A stretch of 32,000 bases of DNA, taken from the NCBI RefSeq assembly GCF_000011465.1, contig NC_005072.1, positions 1,500,001-1,532,000 of the forward strand, written 5' to 3'. Shown here in pieces: positions 17,428-27,934 of the stretch. The notes under the pieces are model-generated. The model made no database searches and was not told the DNA's origin. It was given only the letters and a program-made list of their open reading frames with translations. Source of the stretch: Prochlorococcus marinus subsp. pastoris str. CCMP1986. Its GTDB lineage: Bacteria > Cyanobacteriota > Cyanobacteriia > PCC-6307 > Cyanobiaceae. The first letter of the stretch is position 1. Each line of letters begins with the position of its first letter. Position numbers and translations under genes: made by a program.

Positions 17428-18042
17428 TTAATCGATATTAACAACAAAAGAAGGATTAGCGTTAGAAGAGGGTATATCCATAATTTTTACAGATTCTTTG
17501 GGTTCATCAATAACTTCGCTTTCCTTAGGTTTCTCATCTACTGCGCAAGCCTCAAGTGCTTCTCTAAGAAGCGAATCAAAAGTTGCCCCAGGTAATCTAT
17601 GTCTTGCAACCTCAAGAAAAGTTCTTGGTAATGATTCAGAAGCAGCATCTCTTAAGGCAGGATTATTTTTTCTATGGTCTTGCTCTTCTTCTATTGATTT
17701 GATAAATCTCAGTGTTACATCTCTTTTAGTAGAGGCTTTTATCAAAGTATCATTTTCAGAATTTGTAGAACCTGAGTCATTCTCAATATCACTTAGCCTT
17801 TTCTCAAGACTATTTAAAACCTCATTAGCTTCTTTACTTATATGAGCTAATTGTCCGTCAGATAGATTTGGTAAATCAGCAACAAAAACCTTTCCATGAT
17901 CCCTTAAACTTAAAAAAGTTGGACGGGGGCCTTGATTTTGACGCCCGTTAAAATCTGAATTATTACCTATTGGTCTTTTAGGAGGTGTAGGTCCAGCTGA
18001 GCTACGTCTACGTGTAATTCTTTGATTATTTTCAAAGGGCAT
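17428..18042 (-). CDS. hypothetical protein (204 aa, Arg/Pro-rich N-terminus, acidic helical C-terminal half)
   Basis: ATG start and protein-like composition. The antisense ORF 17498..17845 is Ser/Leu-rich, typical of a shadow frame. No family recognised. Confidence 0.5.
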   Translation of the reverse strand: MPFENNQRITRRRSSAGPTPPKRPIGNNSDFNGRQNQGPRPTFLSLRDHGKVFVADLPNLSDGQLAHISKEANEVLNSLEKRLSDIENDSGSTNSENDTLIKASTKRDVTLRFIKSIEEEQDHRKNNPALRDAASESLPRTFLEVARHRLPGATFDSLLREALEACAVDEKPKESEVIDEPKESVKIMDIPSSNANPSFVVNID

Positions 18043-18176
18043 TGAATTAAAGTTAAATCTACTTACTTAAATTTCCGATATAATTCGGCTGTAGTTTTAT
18101 TATATTACACCTAACTTTTTCATTTGTGTAGATAAATTTAATTTGTAATTTCTCAAAAAAATTTTATTCAGACGAT

Positions 18177-19220
18177 TTAAATTATTATTTCAGGCAAAAA
18201 ATTATTCTCTTTTGAATTATTTTTCTTGAGAACCTTTCCTAGGACCCAACTTGATATATCAAAAGCATTACAAATATTTAAGATCTTATCCTTATATTTC
18301 TTATCAATTATTAAACAAAATCCCACCCCAAGATTAAAAGTGTTCCAGAAATCTTTTTCAGGAATCTGACCTACATCCTTTAAAAATTCAAATAAAACAG
18401 GAATCTTCCATGATTTCTTATCTATGTAAGGAATAAAATCAGAAGACATACACCTTGGTAAATTTTCAGGAATTCCTCCTCCAGTGATATGCGACATTCC
18501 CTTTATTTGAATATTTTGAGATAAAATTTGATTTACAATTTTAAAATAAATTTTTGTAGGTTTTAATAATTCATCATAAAAATCTAAGTTATATTTTTTT
18601 TCAAATTGCTTATCAATTTGATTATTATTTTCAATTATTTTTCTAACTAAACTAAATCCATTACTATGCATTCCGTTACTTTGTAATGCAATTATCAAAT
18701 CATTTTCACATATTTTTTTGCCATTAATTAATTTTTCTTCGTCAGCTATTCCAACGCAAAATCCTGCCAAATCATACTTATTCTTTGAGTAAAATCCTGG
18801 CATCTCCGCGGTTTCTCCTCCAAGTATAGAGCATTTATTTTCTCGACAACTATGCGCAATACCATTAATAACTTCTAATAATTGATTTTTTTCAAGCTTG
18901 CCTGTAGCAATATAATCAAGAAAAAAAAGCGGCTTTGCTCCAGTTGTAATAATGTCGTTCATACACATTGCTACTAAATCAATCCCAACTTCAAAGTGAA
19001 AGTTTTTGATTTGAGCTAATTCCAATTTCGTGCCAACACCATCAGTTCCTGATACTAAGACGGGTTTCTTTAAACCCTCAAGAGGAATTTTAAATAAACC
19101 TCCAAATCCTCCAATCCCCTCCAAAACATTAGATGAATATGTTGATTCGACAGATTGCTTTATTTCTGATACAAATTCTCTTCCAGCTTTTATGTCAACT
19201 CCTGATGTTTTGTAATCCAT
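18177..19220 (-). CDS. purM: phosphoribosylformylglycinamidine cyclo-ligase (AIR synthetase)
   Basis: 347 aa containing 'YKTSGVDIKAG', 'GGFGGLF', 'VSGTDGVGTKL', 'LGGETAEMPG' and 'MSHITGGG'. Confidence 0.95.
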   Translation of the reverse strand: MDYKTSGVDIKAGREFVSEIKQSVESTYSSNVLEGIGGFGGLFKIPLEGLKKPVLVSGTDGVGTKLELAQIKNFHFEVGIDLVAMCMNDIITTGAKPLFFLDYIATGKLEKNQLLEVINGIAHSCRENKCSILGGETAEMPGFYSKNKYDLAGFCVGIADEEKLINGKKICENDLIIALQSNGMHSNGFSLVRKIIENNNQIDKQFEKKYNLDFYDELLKPTKIYFKIVNQILSQNIQIKGMSHITGGGIPENLPRCMSSDFIPYIDKKSWKIPVLFEFLKDVGQIPEKDFWNTFNLGVGFCLIIDKKYKDKILNICNAFDISSWVLGKVLKKNNSKENNFLPEIII

Positions 19221-19317
19221 GAAATAAAAATGATAGAATCCCCTTATATAGATATTCCTCCGTAGATTGCTTTTGTCCAGTAATTATTTATTAAATAGAT
19301 TTATTTTTTAAAACAAA

Positions 19318-20850
19318 GTGAACAAAATAATAATAAGAAAAACAGAGGATCTTAAAGAATGGAGACGAAATCTCAAATGTGATATTAACTTTATCCCAAC
19401 TATGGGAAATCTTCATGATGGTCATCAAAAATTAATATCAACTGCACAAAGTTCAAATTGCAATACAAACTTATTAAGTATTTTTGTTAATCCACTTCAA
19501 TTTGATAGCAAAGAAGACCTTAAAAGCTACCCCAAAACTGTTGATAAAGATATTGAAATTGCTTTTTCCAATGGGGCAGATGCAATTTTTATTCCAAATG
19601 TAACTGATATCTATCCAAAAAAGAATAAAAGCATAAGTTATTTGAAAGCCTCTAAAGAATTATCTTCAGCTTTATGTGGGCTTACAAGAGTGGGGCATTT
19701 TGATGGGGTTTGCACTGTTGTTTATAGATTACTGAAACTCATACAACCCAAAAATCTTTTTTTAGGAGAAAAAGACTGGCAACAACTATTAATCATAAAA
19801 AACCTTATAGAAGAAAAAAAATTCAACATCAAAATTATCCCTGTTCCTACTCAAAGAGATTCTGATGGGGTCCCATTTAGTTCGCGTAATAAGCATTTAT
19901 CTAAAAGTGAAAGAAAAAGTCTTAAATTATTCTCAAATGAACTAGAAAATGCAAAAATAATTTTTAAAAAGGATAAAAGAATTGACTTAAAACAACTAAC
20001 AAACAAACTCAAATCAAAAAATATTTCAATTGAATATTTAGAACATTTACATCCCTACAGCTTGAAAAAAGTTCAATCAAACGATAATATTTCAATTTTA
20101 GCAGGTGCGATAAAATGTGGGAAAACAAGACTAATTGATCACGTTTTTCTTATGAAAAGAAAGCCAATTATTGCAATTGATGGGCCAGCTGGTTCAGGGA
20201 AAAGTACCATAACAAAGTTAATTGCCAAGGAGTTAAATCTTTTATATCTAGATACTGGAGCAATGTATAGAGCAATAAGTTGGCTCTTTAAAAAAGAAAA
20301 GATTGATTATGCTAAAGAGTCAGAATTAAAAAAAATTCTTAATAATATTTCTATTATTTTTAAGTCAAATTCTATTTCTCAGCAAGATGTATTTATAAAT
20401 AATTTTTGTGTAACTGAAGAAATTCGTTCACAAGAAATAAGTTCTATTGTATCTAAAATTTCATCAATAAAAAAAGTGAGAGAATTTTTAGTTTATGAGC
20501 AAAGAAAAATTGGCCAATCTGGAGGATTGGTGGCTGAAGGGAGAGACATAGGAACAACAGTTTTTCCAAATGCAGAACTTAAAATATTCCTAACAGCTAG
20601 CATTGACGAAAGAGCTAAAAGAAGAAAGTCAGAGTTAGATTTAAGAGGGACTGAAGAAATAGACTTCAATCAATTAAGAGAACTTATAAGAAAAAGAGAT
20701 TTTGAGGATTCAACAAGAAAAATTTCTCCTCTCAAAAAAGCAAACGATGCAATTGAACTTCTTACTGACGGATATTCAATTAATGAAGTAGTAGAAAAAA
20801 TTGTTAACATCTACAATTTAAACATTCCCAAAGAAATTCAACTCGAATAA
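19318..20850 (+). CDS. panC/cmk: bifunctional pantoate--beta-alanine ligase / cytidylate kinase
   Basis: 510 aa with a GTG start. The N-terminal half has PanC 'PTMGNLHDGH' and 'VNPLQF'. The C-terminal half has Cmk P-loop 'IAIDGPAGSGKST' and 'LDTGAMYRA'. This fusion is characteristic of cyanobacteria. Confidence 0.95.
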   Translation: MNKIIIRKTEDLKEWRRNLKCDINFIPTMGNLHDGHQKLISTAQSSNCNTNLLSIFVNPLQFDSKEDLKSYPKTVDKDIEIAFSNGADAIFIPNVTDIYPKKNKSISYLKASKELSSALCGLTRVGHFDGVCTVVYRLLKLIQPKNLFLGEKDWQQLLIIKNLIEEKKFNIKIIPVPTQRDSDGVPFSSRNKHLSKSERKSLKLFSNELENAKIIFKKDKRIDLKQLTNKLKSKNISIEYLEHLHPYSLKKVQSNDNISILAGAIKCGKTRLIDHVFLMKRKPIIAIDGPAGSGKSTITKLIAKELNLLYLDTGAMYRAISWLFKKEKIDYAKESELKKILNNISIIFKSNSISQQDVFINNFCVTEEIRSQEISSIVSKISSIKKVREFLVYEQRKIGQSGGLVAEGRDIGTTVFPNAELKIFLTASIDERAKRRKSELDLRGTEEIDFNQLRELIRKRDFEDSTRKISPLKKANDAIELLTDGYSINEVVEKIVNIYNLNIPKEIQLE

Positions 20851-20851
20851 A

Positions 20852-21325
20852 TTAATAAATAGTATCTAGAAAACCACTGACAGAGTCTTCTAAAATATCA
20901 AGGACATTATCAAATCCCTCATCTCCTCCAAAGTAAGGATCAGGGACTTCTATTTCGTGAAAAACTGATCTGAAATTTTGTATCTTTTTTATTGATGCAA
21001 AATCAGATAATGATTTTCGAGATTTCATATCAATAATATTTTCATAATTTGAATCATCCATAGCAACTATATAGTTAAATTTTTCAAAATCATTAGAATT
21101 TATTTGTCTAGCTCTACTAAAGATTTCTACGCCCCTTTTTCGTGATGCTATTCTCATTCTAGTATCAGCCTTCTTCCCTATATGCCAACTACCAGTCCCT
21201 GCAGAATCAACAATAAAACTATCATTTAATCCTTTTTTATTAATTAAATCTAGGAATATTGCTTCGGCAGCAGGAGACCTACAAATATTACCTAAACATA
21301 CAAAAAGAACTGTTTGTTTTTTCAT
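20852..21325 (-). CDS. low-molecular-weight protein-tyrosine phosphatase
   Basis: 157 aa with the active-site P-loop 'VCLGNICRSP' near the N-terminus and 'DPYFG' near the C-terminus. Confidence 0.9.
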   Translation of the reverse strand: MKKQTVLFVCLGNICRSPAAEAIFLDLINKKGLNDSFIVDSAGTGSWHIGKKADTRMRIASRKRGVEIFSRARQINSNDFEKFNYIVAMDDSNYENIIDMKSRKSLSDFASIKKIQNFRSVFHEIEVPDPYFGGDEGFDNVLDILEDSVSGFLDTIY

Positions 21326-21346
21326 CTAATCTAAAATATCAAAAAA

Positions 21347-22120
21347 TTATAAAACTTTATTAGTAGAAAATAATACTTTATTAATTAAGGATTCTGTAAA
21401 ATCTTTACCAAATAAACTTGATAACATTGGCCTTGCTGGGTCATTATCCCTTCTATAGTTCAAATAATCATTTTGACCATTAATTAACTCTTGTTGTAAG
21501 CCGTGGCCAACTTCCTCACTTTCAAAAAGAGTTTTTAGATACAAATTTAAATATTCTTTGAATGAATCATAAAGCTGATTTTCTATCAAATTATCACTAT
21601 CTTGATGCTTTGCTAATCTAGACCAAATCAATCCTGGGGAAAAAAATTTTGCTACATCTTCAGACATTTTTTCAGCTACAGGTAGAGATGAATGACATGA
21701 TTTTTTAAGTTTTATTATTTGTTCTAGTAATTCAGAATTAAACTGATTTTCGACTTTTAAAGATGGCTGAAAATCTAAAACTAATAAATGACTAGTAGGT
21801 AAAGAAACAAAATCTACGCCTAGGAATGGAATGTTATAGGAAGTTTTTGGGATAATTAAAAAATTCAAAACAGAATAATTTGGACTATTTATACATACAG
21901 CTCTTGCGAAGTTAATCCTTTTTTGATGAGTTGCTCCCCATGTGAAAAGATTAATATTCTTTTTTGATTTTTTTGAACCATAGCTTGACTCTTTGTAAGA
22001 AAAATCAGAAGCTATTTTATGTTCGACGCAATGATAGTTGTCTAACTGAGAAATTAAGAATTTTATAAATTTAGCCCATCGCCATTCTTGGCTATAAAAA
22101 ATAGTATTTTGAATTAACAT
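21347..22120 (-). CDS. pebB: phycoerythrobilin:ferredoxin oxidoreductase
   Basis: 257 aa in the ferredoxin-dependent bilin reductase family. It is second in a pebA-pebB pair directly downstream of heme oxygenase, and its ATG abuts the pebA stop. Confidence 0.85.
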   Translation of the reverse strand: MLIQNTIFYSQEWRWAKFIKFLISQLDNYHCVEHKIASDFSYKESSYGSKKSKKNINLFTWGATHQKRINFARAVCINSPNYSVLNFLIIPKTSYNIPFLGVDFVSLPTSHLLVLDFQPSLKVENQFNSELLEQIIKLKKSCHSSLPVAEKMSEDVAKFFSPGLIWSRLAKHQDSDNLIENQLYDSFKEYLNLYLKTLFESEEVGHGLQQELINGQNDYLNYRRDNDPARPMLSSLFGKDFTESLINKVLFSTNKVL

Positions 22121-23547
<1,427 letters not shown>

Positions 23548-23604
23548 TTATCTTTTTTCGGAATTGTACATATATTTAATCTACAAGGAAAATATATAAA
23601 ACAG

Positions 23605-24069
23605 CTAATTATTGTTACTAGTGGATGTTGTAGAGAATAAATTGTAAAGTTCTTTACAAACTAAAAAAAGATTATCCTTTTGTTCCTGCTGAGGTAAATG
23701 TGTCCCCGTCATCTCCCACTCCCCAATAGTAGCTACTCTCCATCTTTCAGCAGGAATTATCATTCCGCGCATTATTATTCCTAACAACTTAGGTACTCCA
23801 TTTTCACAATTATTTTCAATTCTCAACTGAAGTAAAACTGCTCTACATTCTATACTTGGACTCCAACCTGGAAAATGGAAAGAAAAATCAAGGGTATCAA
23901 ACCAATCTCTATCATTTGTTTTATCCCAAGGACTAAAATTAACACTGGCATCTGGGAAATATTTACGAAACAATGCTGCTGTAGTAGCTACCTTATTAGC
24001 TATTTCAAGATTGCTAACATTTGAACTTGCATTCATAAGCGGTAATAAACCTTTGATTGAAGTTGACAT
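23605..24069 (-). CDS. hypothetical protein (154 aa) upstream of ho1
   Basis: ATG-started ORF on the same strand, 57 bp upstream of ho1. It is Trp-rich ('SPWDKTNDRDWFD', 'ERWRVATIGEWEMTG') and I recognise no family. Confidence 0.5.
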   Translation of the reverse strand: MSTSIKGLLPLMNASSNVSNLEIANKVATTAALFRKYFPDASVNFSPWDKTNDRDWFDTLDFSFHFPGWSPSIECRAVLLQLRIENNCENGVPKLLGIIMRGMIIPAERWRVATIGEWEMTGTHLPQQEQKDNLFLVCKELYNLFSTTSTSNNN

Positions 24070-24254
24070 AATTTCTTCAACCTTGCTTATTAAATTCTTT
24101 TTCTTTTAACAAAGATGTTGAAATGCTGATTAACAACCTATTATCTATTCACATTTAAATAATTAATTTCTAGTTTTTAAAGAATATCCTTAATTTCAAT
24201 TTAAGATACAAAAATATTTTATTAATTGACTTTTTTACTATTCAATCAAGTGCT

Positions 24255-25679
24255 ATGCCTAAATTTGAAAAATTAAATTTACCAAAAGAAGGAGAGTTAA
24301 TTACTTTTAATCAAGGTAAGCCTAATGTTCCTAATAATCCTATTGTCCCTTATATAAGAGGTGACGGTACTGGGGTAGATATTTGGCCAGCTACTCAACT
24401 TGTTCTTGATGAAGCAATAAAAAAAAGTTATGGAGATGAGAGAAAAATAAATTGGTTCAAAGTCTATGCTGGTGACGAAGCTTGTGAAATATACGGAACT
24501 TACAACTATTTACCACAGGATACTATTGAAGCAATAAGACACTTTGGAGTTGCAATTAAAGGCCCATTAACAACTCCTATAGGAGGGGGAATTAGATCTT
24601 TAAATGTCGCTTTAAGACAAATTTTTGACTTATATAGCTGCGTTAGACCTTGTAAATACTATTCAGGGACTCCTAGCCCTCATAAAAATCCACAAAATTT
24701 AGACGTAATTGTTTATAGAGAAAATACAGAAGATATTTATATGGGTATTGAATGGGAAGCCGATGATCATACATGCATTGATTTAATTAATCATCTAAAT
24801 AATGTTGTCATTCCAAATAGCAAAAATTTAAAAAATAGATCAATACCGGACGGTTCAGGTATTGGGATAAAACCCGTAAGTAAGTTAGGAAGTCAAAGGC
24901 ATATAAGAAAGGCCATAGAACATGCAAAAAGATTATCAGGAAATAAAAAGCATGTAACTCTTGTTCATAAAGGAAATATCATGAAATATACAGAAGGTGC
25001 ATTTAGAGATTGGGGATATGAATTAGCAGTAAATGAATTCAGAGCAGACTGCATTACGGAAAGAGAAAGCTGGATTTTAGACAATATTCACAAAAATCCA
25101 GAAATTACAATCGAAAATAATGCCAGAAAGATAGAGCCAGGCTATGACAAGCTAACAAGTAATAAAAAAGCATTTATTTGCGAAGAAATAAAAGAAGTAA
25201 TAGCCTCAATATCAAATTCTCATGGAAATAATAAATGGGAAGAACTCATTATGGTTGATGATCGAATTGCTGACAGTATTTTCCAACAAATTCAAACAAG
25301 GCCTCAAGAATATTCTATTCTTGCGACCTTGAACTTAAACGGAGATTATGTTTCTGATGCTGCTGCTGCAATTGTGGGAGGCCTAGGTATGGCTCCCGGA
25401 GCTAATATTGGAGATAATTCCGCAATTTTTGAAGCAACGCATGGAACAGCTCCAAAACATGCAGGATTAAACAAAATTAATCCGGGTTCGGTAATTCTTA
25501 GTGGAGTAATGATGCTTGAATATTTTGGTTGGAATGAAGCAGCGAAGCTGGTGACTTCTGGAATTAGTAAAGCTATTGAAGAAAAAAAAGTCACCTATGA
25601 TCTAGCACGCTTAATGGAACCAAAGGTAGCACCACTATCCTGTAGTGGTTTTGCTGAAGCAATTATCTCAAATTTTTAA
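24255..25679 (+). CDS. icd: NADP-dependent isocitrate dehydrogenase
   Basis: 474 aa containing 'IRGDGTGVDIW', 'GGGIRSLNVALRQ', 'NLNGDYVSDAAAA' and 'EATHGTAPK'. Confidence 0.97.
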   Translation: MPKFEKLNLPKEGELITFNQGKPNVPNNPIVPYIRGDGTGVDIWPATQLVLDEAIKKSYGDERKINWFKVYAGDEACEIYGTYNYLPQDTIEAIRHFGVAIKGPLTTPIGGGIRSLNVALRQIFDLYSCVRPCKYYSGTPSPHKNPQNLDVIVYRENTEDIYMGIEWEADDHTCIDLINHLNNVVIPNSKNLKNRSIPDGSGIGIKPVSKLGSQRHIRKAIEHAKRLSGNKKHVTLVHKGNIMKYTEGAFRDWGYELAVNEFRADCITERESWILDNIHKNPEITIENNARKIEPGYDKLTSNKKAFICEEIKEVIASISNSHGNNKWEELIMVDDRIADSIFQQIQTRPQEYSILATLNLNGDYVSDAAAAIVGGLGMAPGANIGDNSAIFEATHGTAPKHAGLNKINPGSVILSGVMMLEYFGWNEAAKLVTSGISKAIEEKKVTYDLARLMEPKVAPLSCSGFAEAIISNF

Positions 25680-27034
25680 TTGGAAGAATTGTTTTTATTT
25701 TCTAAAATTCTCCATACTTTTACCAATGAATCTTGGTTACCAATATTTCCAGGAAATGTCACGATTGGAAGATTCTCATCATTTTCAAGTTTAAAAGTAA
25801 CTAAAGAAACCCCAGTAATTATTTGTCCTTGCAAATAAACATAATTTGCTTTAAATCCATTACTGAGAATTACATTTGACGTGATTCCCCCCTTAGATAC
25901 TAAATACCCTATTTCATTTTTCAAATCTGAAACTAATTCAGAAATAAAATGAGCAAGAGAATTATTAAAATTTACTTGCTCATCGTTCCTAGCTAGAGAA
26001 ACTTCTTTTCTTGAGGTAAATAAAACGGGAGTATTTTCTTGCTTTAATATAGATCTGATTTGCGCTAGTAATTTGTTTTTAAACACCTCCAATTGATCCT
26101 GATTACTTTTTAATTTAGAAATTTTGAGAAATTCAAAAACATCCAATTCTATTGGTATACAATCACTTATTTCTAAGAATTCCTTTAATTGCATTGTTGT
26201 AAGTTCTATATAAGATCCAATTACTAAAAATCCTGGAAGAAATTTTTTTTCACGATTTTTTCTTCTTATAAGGGAGTAAAAAAATGGTTCTTTAGGATTA
26301 TCTTTTACAGCAGATATTGAACTTATAAAACTTGCAGCGGTCCTAAAGAGAAATTTCTTTTGTTTACTTAGTTTTTTTATTGATAATGAAAACTTTTGAA
26401 GTTGTGAATAATTCTCAATATCAACAATTACATGAGAATTTTCTTTTAAATTTCTGATCTTATTAAAAACAATATTTTTTTCTTTACTTTCAAGAACTTT
26501 TAATTCGGATATTTTTAAATTTTGAATATCATTAAATTTAATTTGAGATTTACATTTCTGAAATAATAATTGTTTGACATTACTTGTTTTGTATCCAAAA
26601 ATTTTATCTTTGGCAAAAATCGTTTGACTTACTGGAACATTATCAACAAAATGCTCTCCATCAATTGTCTTTCTTTTACCTTCAATAAATGCTGGAATAT
26701 GGAAGGTAGCATCAAAAGGTCCTAGACAATCGTTCATAATTTTAGGCTCTAAAAAATTATGACCACGAAGGGTGGAATCACCTCTACTTACAAAAATAAA
26801 TTCCTCTTTATATGATTCCTTTGAGATAACTTTTTTTAGGGCATTACAAATTTCTACTAATCTTAATTTTGCGTCGTTTTCTGATAAAGACCTAGTATTA
26901 GCCAAAATGAAAAATAAATTAGATTTGCTTTGAAATCCTTTGATTAAAGTAGAATAATCCCATTTCAGAAGCAATAAACAATTATTTACTGTTTGAGAAC
27001 CTGTTGGATCATCATCAATCACTATAACTTTCAT
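25676..27034 (-). CDS. four-carbon acid sugar kinase family protein (DUF1537, YgbK/OtnK/DtnK-like)
   Basis: 452 aa. The N-terminal 'KVIVIDDDPTGSQTV' is the family hallmark, and the C-terminal 'VSKGGITS' and 'TFPGNIG' fit the nucleotide-binding domain. Confidence 0.7.
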   Translation of the reverse strand: MKVIVIDDDPTGSQTVNNCLLLLKWDYSTLIKGFQSKSNLFFILANTRSLSENDAKLRLVEICNALKKVISKESYKEEFIFVSRGDSTLRGHNFLEPKIMNDCLGPFDATFHIPAFIEGKRKTIDGEHFVDNVPVSQTIFAKDKIFGYKTSNVKQLLFQKCKSQIKFNDIQNLKISELKVLESKEKNIVFNKIRNLKENSHVIVDIENYSQLQKFSLSIKKLSKQKKFLFRTAASFISSISAVKDNPKEPFFYSLIRRKNREKKFLPGFLVIGSYIELTTMQLKEFLEISDCIPIELDVFEFLKISKLKSNQDQLEVFKNKLLAQIRSILKQENTPVLFTSRKEVSLARNDEQVNFNNSLAHFISELVSDLKNEIGYLVSKGGITSNVILSNGFKANYVYLQGQIITGVSLVTFKLENDENLPIVTFPGNIGNQDSLVKVWRILENKNNSSN

Positions 27035-27046
27035 AATTATCAGTAG

Positions 27047-27934
27047 TTACTTCAAAGTATTTATTAGTATTGAGGCATCTAGTATTTGGGAGGAATTTGG
27101 AGGAATCGAAATTTTCCTTAATCCATTAACTAAAGAATTGCGTGGACTAGTCCATGGCTCAAGACATACCATTTTCCTTGGAGGATCACTCCAAATCACA
27201 CCCAAATCAAAAGGCGTAGGATGTATTAAAGTAACTTGTCTTTTAAAAAAATTATCTCGGAAAGAACTTCTTCCTGAGGTATACATAAGTAAATCAATTC
27301 CATTATTAATATTTTTTAACTCGTCAAAAGTATTTCTCAACAAATTATTTTTTTGATCCTGACAATTTAGCGGGTTATCTATAAAATTTAAGTTTTTAAA
27401 ATCTGAAATATTAAAATAAGGATGCAATCCAAAATTTATTGGCATCTCAATATTAGTTTTATTCTTAATGTTAATAATAAATTTTAAGCAATTAATGTTT
27501 AAAGAAACCTCAATTTTGAGCTCAAAATTAAATGGATAAAAAGTTTTTGTTTTTTCAGTATCTTGTAAAATCAAACAAAGAGAATTTTTTTGCTCATTTA
27601 GGCAGTGTTGCCATTGTAAATTCCTTGCAAAACCATGTTGCATAAATGGCATATAATTTTTCCCAAATAAAGAATTTGGGATATCAAGATTTCCACAAAT
27701 CGGAAACAGAATTGGGATTCCTCCTCTGATACTTTTTGTTTTATCAATAAATCTTTTTTGATCAAAATATAATATTTCTTTTCCTTCAGAAACCCAGTTG
27801 GTTATAAGCCCTCCTCTCTTTGGACAAAATTTAATATAATTTTTTTCGTCTAATTGAAAAACATAAATACCTTTTTTATTATCAACGGAATTAACTTTCA
27901 CAAAAATTTCTCTACAAAGAATCAATCCAGTCAA
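27047..27934 (-). CDS. aldose 1-epimerase family protein (glucose-6-phosphate 1-epimerase/YeaD-like)
   Basis: 'IRGGIPILFPICG', 'HGFAR' and 'GLHPYF' are typical of the family. No ATG start is available. The candidates are TTG at 27932-27934 (23-bp overlap with the upstream gene) and GTG at 27899-27901 (no overlap). Confidence 0.7.
   Translation of the reverse strand: MTGLILCREIFVKVNSVDNKKGIYVFQLDEKNYIKFCPKRGGLITNWVSEGKEILYFDQKRFIDKTKSIRGGIPILFPICGNLDIPNSLFGKNYMPFMQHGFARNLQWQHCLNEQKNSLCLILQDTEKTKTFYPFNFELKIEVSLNINCLKFIINIKNKTNIEMPINFGLHPYFNISDFKNLNFIDNPLNCQDQKNNLLRNTFDELKNINNGIDLLMYTSGRSSFRDNFFKRQVTLIHPTPFDLGVIWSDPPRKMVCLEPWTSPRNSLVNGLRKISIPPNSSQILDASILINTLK

Noticed and set aside
17498-17845. 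115-aa plus-strand ORF antisense to the 204-aa gene
   Set aside because: Its Ser/Leu-rich composition is the typical shadow of a Glu/Lys/Asp-rich frame on the other strand. The minus-strand ORF is longer and more protein-like.
18074-18104. TATAAT box (minus strand, 18099-18104) and small hairpin CCGA-N6-TCGG (18074-18087) between purM and the 204-aa gene
   Set aside because: TATAAT-like hexamers are frequent by chance at this AT content, there is no -35 match, and the 4-bp stem is too weak to call a terminator or attenuator.
19030-19215. Short antisense or alternate-frame ORFs (19030..19215, 25346..25594, 27138..27356, 30538..30765, 30919..31113, 30952..31164)
   Set aside because: Each lies wholly inside a well-supported gene (purM, icd, the epimerase-like gene, glgP) in another frame or strand, with no independent evidence.
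24070-24254. NtcA site (GTA-N8-TAC) upstream of icd, and likewise in the purM/panC and antiporter/glgP divergent spacers
   Set aside because: I scanned these spacers by eye and found no GTA-N8-TAC match. 'GTA-N8-TTG' and 'GTA-N8-TTA' near 19262-19295 do not fit.
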